DNA from: Macrostomum lignano
Taxonomy: Eukaryota
Assembly (NCBI GenBank): GCA_002269645.1
Contig: NIVC01001156.1
Coordinates: 62,001 to 126,000 of the forward strand
DNA length: 64,000 nucleotides
Reading direction: 5' to 3'
Made by a program: the position numbers and the translations under genes. Position 1 is the stretch's first letter, and the number at the start of each line of letters is the position of its first letter. Below are positions 41,282 to 51,672 of the stretch, piece after piece. Below the pieces are notes generated by a model, which searched no databases, was not told the DNA's origin, and saw nothing but the letters and a program-made list of their open reading frames with translations.

Positions 41282-41765
41282 CACTGACAGTCAATTGTCA
41301 CTGACAGTCAATTGTCACTGACAGTCAATTGTCACTGACAGTCAATTGTCACTGACAGTCAATTGTCACTGACAGTCAATTGTCACTGACAGTCAATTGT
41401 CACTGACAGTCAATTGTCACTGACAGTCAATTGTCACTGACAGTCAATTGTCACTGACAGTCAATTGTCACTGACAGTCAATTGTCACTGACAGTCAATT
41501 GTCACTGACAGTCAATTGTCACTGACAGTCAATTGTCACTGACAGTCAATTGTCACTGACAGTCAATTGTCACTGACAGTCAATTGTCACTGACAGTCAA
41601 TTGTCACTGACAGTCAATTGTCACTGACAGTCAATTGTCACTGACAGTCAATTGTCACTGACAGTCAATTGTCACTGACAGTCAATTGTCACTGACAGTC
41701 AATTCTCACTGGCAGTCAATTGTCACTGACAGTCAATTGTCAATGACAGTCAATTGTCAATTGTC
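41282..41765. repeat. 17-bp dyad-rich repeat (CACTGACAGTCAATTGT) x28
   Basis: 24 perfect copies, then 4 copies of which 3 carry single substitutions. Confidence 0.97.
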
Positions 41766-42278
41766 AGCGAGAGAGAGCCCTCTGAAAGCACGATACGAAC
41801 ACCGGATTAACCTGCACCGTCTAAACGCACTAAGGGATTAATTTAGAGCCATGAGACCTCCAGCTGTGCATGCTCGATCTCTAAGAAACCGCGCGTTCCA
41901 CTGGCAGTTCACCCGCGGACCGTTTGTAGCTGGAGGACACAGCGCGTCAAAATTGTGGAAATTATTATTCACAAAGCTGAATTTCATAAGCCCACACGCT
42001 CAGTAAAACCAACAAAAGCTGATATCTTTTTAATAAATTGAATAAATTTTCCATAACTTTGATGTGCTACAAGATCCCCCAATTTGCAGTTTCTAGGAAA
42101 GCACCCAGCCGCACAGCTTGACTCAGCCAGCCGCACTCCCCAGTCTAACCCCACACTTTGCACACAAAATCGATGCCCTGACGTGCCCAGCTACTAGGGC
42201 CGGTCAGTGGGGTGGTGGCGCCCAGACCAGGTTGCAAAATAAACACGGTTTTGCGGCCACCACTGCCGCCTGTTGCAG

Positions 42279-42431
42279 GCCTTCATGCCCATGATGTCGC
42301 CCTCCGGCTCTGCCGCCGTGGCTGCCGCAGCAGCCGGCCAGGCGCAGCAGACGGCGCACCCGGCTAGCGCCGGCGCCAATCAGCACATGGCGCCTGGCGC
42401 CCCAGTGAGCGCTCATTCGCACCTTCACCTT

Positions 42432-42464
<33 letters not shown>

Positions 42465-42523
42465 TATTTCGTGACCAATCTGGGCCTGTGCTCGGAACAG
42501 GAGATCAAAGATTTGTTCGCCAG
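42279..42523 (+). CDS. cpo: cpo exon 7 (AFMPMMSP...Ala/Gln-rich, Q11, YFVTNLGLCSEQEIKDLFA): start of a second RRM
   Basis: Acceptor TTGCAG|GCC, donor AG|GTACGC (phase 2); (CAG)10CAA at 42432-42464; FVxNLG..SExEIKDLF resembles RRM2 of long cpo/MEC-8 proteins. Confidence 0.8.
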
Positions 42524-42786
42524 GTACGCTTGGCAGCCCCCCCCCCACTCAGTCCAGTCACTCAGTCACTCGGGGGTCCCGATTTTGTGTGCAAAGTTTC
42601 TCTTATCTTTTTTCTTCATTCCTACTCACAGTAAGCACGCGAGGGCATTTAAACAAATCGCATTTGATTTTCGCTATGTGCACTCTCAGTCACAGATTGC
42701 ACTGCCATCAAAATCTATCTATTTTTGCACTCAAGGACTCTAAAATATTAATTTTTTGTTTAACTTTGATTTTCCGTCACCCGCAG

Positions 42787-42843
42787 CTACCCCGGCTTAT
42801 GTAAGGCGGCCTTTGCGGATCAGAAGCGGCTGTACTGCGAGTG
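42787..42843 (+). CDS. cpo: cpo putative exon 8 (S-YPGLCKAAFADQKRLYCE*)
   Basis: Acceptor CCCGCAG|C is phase-compatible and gives FASYPGLC (compare FSSFPGFC), then a stop. A GTAAGG donor after 14 nt is an alternative reading. Confidence 0.55.
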
Positions 42844-43007
42844 AGAGCTGGCGGCTCGCGATTCCCCGTTCAACCTTTGCCCTGCCGTTTTTCGGGGATC
42901 AGCTTCCCCGCTTCCCCATCTGTTGCGTGCGTTTCTGTGTGCGAGACATTCTGAATAGTTGTCGGTAAGTTTCAGGAGTTAATCACTTTTTATGTAATAA
43001 CTAATCT

Positions 43008-43860
43008 AGAATCCCACTCTCAAATCCCAATTCCCCAATCTCAAATCCCAATTCCCCAATCTCAAATCCCAATTCCCCAATCTCAAATCCCAATTCCCCA
43101 ATCTCAAATCCGAATTCCCCAAACTCAAATCCCAATTTCCCAATTTCAAATCCCAATTCCCAATCTCAAATCCCAATCCCCCAATCTCAAATCCCAATTC
43201 CCCAAACTCAAATCCCAATTTCCCAATTTCAAATCCCAATTCTCAATCTCAAATCCCAATTCCCCAATCTCAAATCCCAATTTCCCAATTTCAAATCCCA
43301 ATTCCCAATCTCAAATCCCAATTCCTTAATTTCAAATCCCAATTCCCCAATCTCAAATCCCAATTCCCTAATCTCAAATCCCTATTCCCCAATCTCAAAT
43401 CCCAATTCCCCAAACTCAAATCCCAATTCCCCAATTTCAAATCCCAATTCCCCAAACTCAAATCCCAATTCCCTAATCTCAAATCCCTATTCCCCAATCT
43501 CAAATCCCTATTCCCCAAACTCAAATCCCTATTCCCCAAACTCAAATCCCAATTCCTTAATCTCAAATGCCAATTTTCCAAACTCAAATCCCCCAATTTC
43601 AAGTCTCAATTCCCCACTCTCAAATCCCGATTCGCCAATCTCAAATCCCAATTCCTCAATCTCAAATTCCAATTCCCAATCTCAAATCCCGATTCGCCAA
43701 TTTCAAATCTCAATTCCTCAATCTCAAATCCCAATTCCTGAATCTCAAATCTCAATTCCTCAATCTCAAATCCCATTTCCCTAATTGCAAATGCCAATTC
43801 CGCACTCTCAAATCCCAATTCCCTAATTTCAAATCCCAATGCCCTAAAACCCCAAATTCT
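43008..43860. repeat. 21-bp repeat (AATCTCAAATCCCAATTCCCC)
   Basis: Directly visible, degenerating 3'. Confidence 0.92.
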
Positions 43861-45388
43861 GTATTTTCCCAAACCACATTACCCTAACTTTAAATCCCGA
43901 ACCCAACTAAGATACTACTTGAAGTAAATTGCTCGCTACGCTAAACTTACAGTATTCACTCCGAAAGTAGAGATTTCTGCACAAAAATTACATGTCTGGA
44001 TGTCTTGTCTTTGTTCCCATCATAAAATGCAAATTCTCCCATCGCGCCGCAGACAGCCGCCGCAGCCGCTACGAGTCAGCCTGCCGCTTTCTTCAAAACA
44101 AAACTGAAACAATGCCGAGAAATGCAAACAAAAATGTTTTTTCATGCTCACCTAGGAGCAACAAAATTCATATTGTCCTTGCCATGCAAATCTTTAATTA
44201 CTTTTTTTTCTTGCTAATTTTGGTCTCAATCAACAAAATTGCTCATTGAATTTGGCCTCATTAAAATATTTTACGGAGCTTCGTCTTCATTGTCTGCTTT
44301 TTGTACTTTTATCTCTGACCGCCAGCTGCGGACCCTCGCTAACCTGTCCAATTCAACTCTATTTGTTGTAATATTTTATTATTTCTTTTACGTATTCTTA
44401 GCGATTTATCCGGAATTTACCTTAGCAAGCCGGTAACGACATGGTTTGTCCGGTAGGATGCGTGTTTAAAACAAAACTGTGCAATTCGTTCCGCCACCCA
44501 GACTTTCCCGTTTCGCTCGCTCTGTGCAGAGAGGGGAGTGAAATTTATTTTTGTAAAATTGATTAAATTCTCAATTTGTTTGACCCTTAATCTTGTTTTT
44601 AAACCCGCTAACATTTCGTGTTTTACAAAATAACGTTTTAAAAGAAATTATTCAGCTTCAAATTCGACACAAAATTGTTTTGTTTAATAAGTTTTATTCT
44701 GTCAAAAACTGCTTCAAACTGACAAAAAAGTTTTCTGTTAATGTGCGACTCCTTTTTTTAACTGGAAATCTCTCTTTGTTTGTTTTATTAATCTCTTATT
44801 CTAATTTTTACCTGCGTATTTTTTCCCTAACGGAAGTTCTGTGCGAGTGTGAGCGGTACGGTGAGTCTCCTGCAAATGGCCTGATTGATGTGATCACAGA
44901 GACCAGCTGCTTGATGGACAGGTACGAGAAACCAGTGCGCCAGGTGTTAAAAATCCAATAGTGATATTAAATGATAGCATTCACTGCACTCACAGATTGG
45001 AGACATTCGCACGTGCGGTGTGAAAGCTGATGAAAATCCCCACTGTCAGCGTTGGCAAGAACGTTTCAAAAAGTGAGCATTTATATTTTATACATATTCT
45101 ATTATTGCCACCTGCTATCTCGCGCACCTGGCACTCAAATACAAGGTATGCAGAACTGCACTGACAGAAGCACCGTCACCTGCTGGGAAAAGCTTGAGGC
45201 AAAAAATGAAGTTCCCGTTTCCCCGACTCCACAATGTAAAACATGCTCAATAAGCTTACCGCGTGTGTCTGTAAGGAATTCGCCCCACCAAACTGCACTG
45301 TTTAAAATCAAGACTCGACTATTATTCTTTTACCAAGAGTGCAAAATGTACTTAAAAAGTGTGTTTCAATATGTGACATCTTCAAAAA

Positions 45389-45414
45389 AATAAATTTGAA
45401 TAAATTGCAATAAA
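45389..45414 (+). terminator. Candidate poly(A) signals for the cpo transcript
   Basis: Three AATAAA at 45389, 45399 and 45409, followed by T/AT-rich sequence. Motif evidence only. Confidence 0.3.
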
Positions 45415-45751
45415 TTGCATCGTCAAAAATTTTGGAGACAAAATATTGATTTGGGTCTTTTTCTCTTGTTCTTTAATAACAAGATATGAAATGTGAAATA
45501 TTATTTATTGTTTAATTATTATTATATTTATTATTAATTATTATTGCGTGACTATTACTTTATCACTAATAATAAATATAATTATTATTATATTTATTAT
45601 TATTTATTATTAATTATTATTATTTTATTTAATGATGTATTATAATATGAAATATGATTCATAACAATATACACTGTAGAAAGAACAACGTCCCTCTCGG
45701 CCTTTATAGAGTGATTTGATGACTGTTTTTGCCCTTTCCAAGAACTGCAGC

Positions 45752-46343
45752 ATTCTACACGCAGTTACATTCTACACGCAATAACATTCTACACGCAATA
45801 ACATTCTACACGCAATTACATTCTACACGCAATAACATTCTACACGCAATTACATTCTACACGCAATTACATTCTACACGCAATTACATTCTACACGCAA
45901 TAACATTCTACACGCAATAACATTCTACACGCAATTACATTCTACACGCAATTACATTCTACTCGCAATTACATTCTACACGCAATAACATTCTACACGC
46001 AATTACATTCTACACGCAATTACATTCTACACGCAATTACATTCTACACGCAATAACATTCTACACGCAATTACATTCTACACGCAATTACATTCTACAC
46101 GCAATTACATTCTACACGCAATAACATTCTACACGCAATAACATTCTACACGCAATTACATTCTACACGCAATTACATTCTACTCGCAATTACATTCTAC
46201 ACGCAATAACATTCTACACGCAATTACATTCTACACGCAATTACATTCTACACGCAATTACATTCTACACGCAATTACATTCTACACGCAATTACATTCT
46301 ACACGCAATTACATTCTACTCGCAATTACATTCTACACGCAAT
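45752..46343. repeat. 17-bp repeat (ATTCTACACGCAAT(T/A)AC)
   Basis: About 35 copies. Confidence 0.95.
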
Positions 46344-46958
46344 TCTCGATCTTCAGAGTTACATGGCCATGTAGAACGCTGTAATTTTAGCTGCATTTTT
46401 GCTGTGCTACATGCTACCAACGCAACAGGAGTAGCCTAGTAGCGCGAGTAGTGCTGTACATGTACAGGTAAGTGTAAAATATACATGTAATATGCACACA
46501 CTGTATATGTACATTGAATACTCTGCAACATCGAAAAGTCGACATCACCGAAGATTCAGTCTAGCTGTGGTCGCCACTTGAGAGTGCAGGTAAAAGTCTC
46601 GCTCTACGAGTGACACAACATGTTAGCTACTCTGTGGCAGACTTTAGGAATGATCGAGTGGGGGGACGGGGGAGCTGTGTGCGAGGCTTGGACGGATTAA
46701 AGCTACCCCGATCAGCTTTCTCGTATCTTTTATTTCAGAACAGTCCGAAAGAAATTGCTCACTGGCGCATAGAGTGGCGACTTTTCAATGTTGCTGAGTA
46801 TATGTAATGTACGAGCTATACACGTGTAGAATCGTACATGTAAATCATACCTTCCTTGTGCTGCTCTGGCTAAATGTACATGTACAATACTTTAGCATGC
46901 CTGACGCATAGGTTATCTATGTTTTCCATCCATTATACTAAACTTGAGAGCTCAATAT

Positions 46959-47420
46959 GTCTATGGCCATAGACTAAACTTCAATTTCTTGTAGCTTGGA
47001 TGCTACGAGCTATAAATAATTAAATACGCGTATTCGAAAACATGCTTTTTTGCATAAGGGAGCGATATCAGCCATTGTCCAGAAAACACAGCCTGGCGTA
47101 ATGACAAACTCAACTGGCCATTATTTCAGCTACTTCTCGTCAGCTCAAGCCTATCATCAGCTTATTCATTTATAGTCTATGGCCCAACAGCTTTTTTATT
47201 TATAGTCTATGGCCCAACCACCGCCCTCTTTACGCAGTCGCACGCACGCAGACTCTTACCCTGAAATAATGACCGCTTCCGGCACGCTGAAATAATGGCC
47301 AGGCTGTGTCTTATAGACAATGACGTTGCGTAGTAGGTAAGGGGCTGAAATAATGGCCATAGAATGGCGTAGCGCACGAGTGTCTATGGCCATTATTTCA
47401 GCCCCTTACCTACTACGCAA
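46959..47420. repeat. Fold-back (inverted repeat) cluster, MITE-like
   Basis: 16-bp palindrome at 46959-46974; perfect 17-bp inverted pair at 47114-47130/47286-47302; perfect 38-bp inverted pair at 47326-47363/47383-47420. Confidence 0.85.
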
Positions 47421-47499
47421 TCTACCAGTGCACTTTAAAAGTATTGAAGTATGACTATGACTATGTTTTAGGGTAGGCGTAAGGTCCCTGGTCCCGGGT

Positions 47500-48668
47500 G
47501 CTTGCTAAGTCTGGGTGATGTTTGCTATCTGGGGAATGCCTACTATCTGTGGGATGCTTACTGTCTGAGGGATACTTGCTATCTGGAGGAGCTTTGCTGT
47601 CTTGGGGAGCTTGCTGTCTGGGTATGCTTGCTGTCTGGGGTATTCTTGCCGTCTGAGGGAGCTTGCTGTCTGGGGGAGCTTGCTGTCTGGGGGATTCTTG
47701 CCGTCTGAGGGAGCTTGCTGTCTTGGAGAGCTTGCTGTCTGGGGGATTCTTGCCGTCTGAGGGAGCTTGCTGTCTGGGGGAGCTTGCTGTCTGGGGGATT
47801 CTTGCCGTCTGAGGGAGCTTGCTGTCTGGGGGAGCTTGCTGTCTGGGGGATTCTTGCCGTCTGAGGGAGCTTGCTGTCTGGGGGATTCTTGCCGTCTGAG
47901 GGAGCTTGCTGTCTGGGGGAGCTTGCTGTCTTGGGGAGCTTGCTGTCTGGGGGATTCTTGCCGTCTGAGGGAGCTTGCTGTCTGGGGGATTCTTGCCGTC
48001 TGAGGGAGCTTGCTGTCTGGGGGAGCTTGCTGTCTGGGGGATTCTTGCCGTCTGAGGGAGCTTGCTGTCTGGGGGATTCTTGCCGTCTGAGGGAGCTTGC
48101 TGTCTGGGGGATTCTTGCCGTCTGAGGGAGCTTGCTGTCTTGGGGAGCTTGCTGTCTGGGGGATTCTTGCCGTCTGAGGGAGCTTGCTGTCTGGGGGATT
48201 CTTGCCGTCTGAGGGAGCTTGCTACGTCTGGGGGAGCTTGCTGTCTGGGGGATTCTTGCCGTCTGAGGGAGCTTGCTACGTCTGGGGGAGCTTGCTGTCT
48301 GGGGGATTCTTGCCGTCTGAGGGAGCTTGCTGTCTGGGGGATTCTTGCCGTCTGAGGGAGCTTGCTGTCTGGGGGATGCTTGCTGTCTGAGGAATGCTTG
48401 CTGTCTGGGGGATGCTTGCTATCTGGGGAATGCTTGCTGTCTGGGGGATGCTTGCTATCTGGGGGATGCTTGCTGTCTGGGGGATGCTTGCTGTCTGGGG
48501 GATGCTTGCTATCTGGGGATGCTTGCTGCTGTCTGGGGGATGCTTGCTGCTGTCTGGGGGATGCTTGCTGTCTGGGGGAGCTTGCTGTCTGGGGGATGCT
48601 TGCTGTCTGGGGGATGCTTGCTGTCTGGGGGATGCTTGCTGTCTAAGGAATGCTTGCTGTCTGGGGGA
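47500..48668. repeat. 17/18-bp repeat (GCTTGCTGTCTGGGGGA / TTCTTGCCGTCTGAGGGA) with higher-order units
   Basis: Directly visible. Confidence 0.93.
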
Positions 48669-49299
48669 TCACTTGCTACATTACATCATTATTAAAATTA
48701 TTAGATTCTTTATTTGCTCCCCAACGGGGGGCGTAGATTGCTAGTATTATACTAAAGCCTAGCATGCGCGTTAATCGTGACTTTGGAATTTCCTCCGCGT
48801 ACGAGCTTCAGCCGGTAAGAACTTAGGGGGGACTATTATTAAATTCCAGCAGCCAATAAAGTTCATGTGGGGAATATCCCAATTTTTAGGAAGCCTTGAC
48901 CATAGACTCGCTTTCAGATGAGCGATATCCTTTACTATTCCTTCATCCATGGATGCTGCTGCTAGCTTTGCCAAATCGCCGTCTGGCCTGTACTGCAAAT
49001 CTAGTCTGGGGTGAGCCGGGATGTCTATGGCCAATGCTGCTGAATAGACTGCTACGAATTATATGCTGCTTTTAGATACGTCTGCGATGAAAGAGTTTTA
49101 GAATGTAGTGCTAATCCAAGGAGTTGTAGAATTAGCAATCTGGAGCGGAAGCGCTGAATGTCTATGGCTCTGTCTGGCTCTGTCTATGCTAGTCTGGCCT
49201 CATGAGGTAAAACTGAAAAACTCGCTTCCACTCCAAGTTGCTACTTATAGAACTCCTTGGCTAATCTGAGCCAGTAATTTTAGTCTCGCTCGATCTTCA

Positions 49300-50110
49300 C
49301 TTGTATCCCCCAGTTGCACTGGTGCAGCAGTCTATGGTTTAATTGTTTATTTCATTTATTTGCACCGGTGCAAATAAATGATTTTTTGCCCTGGAACTGA
49401 GTGCAAATAAACGAGAACTTTATTATTTTAAAATGAAATCGATTCAACATGAAATTGTAACCATTTAACAATTGCACTTGTGCAATAGTCTAAGTTCCAG
49501 TGATATACGCAGAGGCAGACATGACGCAGATAACAGTGATTAGTCCTTGTTCACGAATGTGATGGTCACCTTATTAGTGTCACCCCGAGCCTCAATCCGC
49601 ATTAGTTTGTGCGGTGTTCCTTGAACCACAGTAGTTTCACAGAAGTCCGTCCCGGTTGTAGCAGTATTGCCATCGGGTGTAGTCACAGTTGACATGGTCC
49701 TTGTACTGATCTCACGAGTTTGACTGTCGACTTGACCGCATAGAATTGCGCTTACGGTTTTCTGTCGGAACACCAGAGTACTTTCTTCGCCGCATGCCAA
49801 CTATTGGAAAGAAGCAAACATCCAGCGACATTTCTTTAGCGTGTTTGTTGGAACCGTTCCTTCGATGAGTGAACTGACTTCTTCGTCAGTCATAGCGGTA
49901 CAGTACCTTAATGCTAGTGTCTATGGCCATTTTTGCTTTTACGAGCTTTGTACTTTATGCTATTCAACTGAGAGATACATATAATATTCCCCAATAATAC
50001 CAAGTGTCTAGGGCAATAAATGCTTGAGTGACTTGTTTATTGACCGAGGCGAAACCAATTATCCCTTCCCCCGTTCTTTCTTATTGGCTCCTGACTGCCA
50101 TAGACAAAGT
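49300..50110 (-). mobile_element. Possible internally deleted Crypton-like (tyrosine recombinase) DNA transposon relic
   Basis: Minus frame 49893->49540 reads MTDEEVSSLIEGTVPTNTLKKCRWMFASFQ*L...RQKTVSAIL...KVTITF, flanked by palindromes and GTCTATGG motifs. Recognised by motif memory only; no search was run. Confidence 0.4.
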
Positions 50111-50482
50111 CGTTTTCGTCTCGATTTTTGTTTTCGCCCCCCTCTGAAAATACGAGCGTATCACCCTCAAGTTTTTGCAACATGCAAGTCTCTTGGGCCC
50201 GTTTCAGCTTTCAATTCGCAGCAAAAGCCAATACAAATATTTTGAGGCTAAATTTCTAATCATTTTTAGCCACTCGTGTATTATACAGTCATTAATTTTT
50301 ACATTTACACTTTATCTGGCAAGCATGCCTTCAGAAAAACAATAAAATTACACGATGCACCACGCCAGAAGTACGCACAGTTCCATATAAATATTATTTC
50401 GTACACACTTATAAGAATGACCAACGACTGCATCTACTGTACACAGTAGCCTACTGTTAGTAATGCGCGCAGTTTCTACAGA

Positions 50483-50676
50483 TCAAATCTCCGGATTCTC
50501 GTGCCGGGTGAGCGGCAGGTGCATGCTGTTCATCTTGAAGGCGTCCTGCCGCTTCTTGCGCAGCTGCACCGTCACCAGCAGAGTGAGCAGGCTGACGGGG
50601 AACAGGGCACAGATGAGCAGCAGGCCCCAGCGGAAGAAAAGCTCCTGCTCTGTTGAAGTGGAGCCGAATGATGCAC
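50483..50676 (-). CDS. Terminal exon: transmembrane helix and short cytoplasmic tail (WGLLLICALFPVSLLTLLVTVQLRKKRQ...ENPEI*)
   Basis: Acceptor CAACAG|GT (phase 1); about 21 hydrophobic residues followed by an RKKR stop-transfer; TGA at 50485-50483. Confidence 0.8.
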
Positions 50677-50714
50677 CTGTTGGAGTTGAGATCAAATCGC
50701 TTTCATGAGTTCGG

Positions 50715-51230
50715 ATTTCCGACATCCGATTCCCGACAATTTATTCCCTATTCCCGACACTTTATTCCCGGTTCCCGGCATTTGATTCCCGATTCCGGAC
50801 AAATTTACTCCCGATTCCCGACACTTTATTCCCGGTTCCCGGCTCTTTACTCCCGATTCCCTACACTTTATTCCCGATTCCCCACACTTTATTCCCGATT
50901 TCCGACACTTAACTCCCGATTCCCGGCACTTTACTCCTGATTCCTGACACTTTGCTCCCGATTCCCGACACTTTATTCCCGGTTCCCGGCTCTTTACTCC
51001 CGATTCCCTACACTTTATTCCCGATTCCCCACACTTTATTCCCGATTTCCGACACTTAACTCCCGATTCCCGGCACTTTACTCCTGATTCCTGACACTTT
51101 GCTCCCGATTCCCGACACTTTACTCCCGATTCCCGGCACTTTACTCCCGATTCCCGACACTTTACTCCCGATTCCCGACACTTTACTTTTGATTCCCGAG
51201 ACTCGATTCTCAAACCCGATTCCCGACTCC
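50715..51230. repeat. 21-bp repeat (TTCCCGACACTTTATTCCCGA-like) filling the last intron of the lectin gene
   Basis: Directly visible. Confidence 0.9.
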
Positions 51231-51297
51231 GTAAACGTTTCCCATATTTCAATCACAATTCCACAGATTTTAAACTATTTCCACCCCATCAGCGCAC

Positions 51298-51672
51298 CTA
51301 GACAGGCAAAGTCCATGAGCAGGTAGGGCGCCGGCACAAAACGACACTCGGTGACATCGGCCAGAAGTTCATCGGGTTGCAGCCAACAGTTTCGATGACC
51401 GTCGCATTGCCGGATCGCCGACGTGAGCACTGGGGTCAGACAGGCCTCCATCGGACGCCGCGGCTGGTCATTCCTTGCGCTTATCGTCGGTGGCGCAGAG
51501 GACTCGCCGGGCGTCGCTTCAGTCGATGTCGATGATGAGGCAGTTCTGCTCACAGCTCCAATGTGGCAGGTGCCGTCAAAACTGCGGCCAAAATAGGCGT
51601 ACCAGATTTTCAGGCGGGTTCCGGCTGGGCAGGTCAGGTTGTAGGCGGTGCCAGAGCAGATGGCCAGTTCGC
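51298..51672 (-). CDS. SUEL/rhamnose-binding (Gal_Lectin) domain exon (ELAICSG..LTCPAG..I.YAYFGR...C...C......C.G...C...EC....YL...FAC)
   Basis: Acceptor CACCAG|GC, donor G|GTGCGC; symmetric phase 1-1 exon of 375 nt; eight Cys with SUEL spacing and an AxxGR motif. Confidence 0.8.

Noticed and set aside
48771-49034. 87-aa ORF beginning MAID
   Set aside because: It starts at a TTG within the GTCTATGGCC motif and has no recognisable domain.
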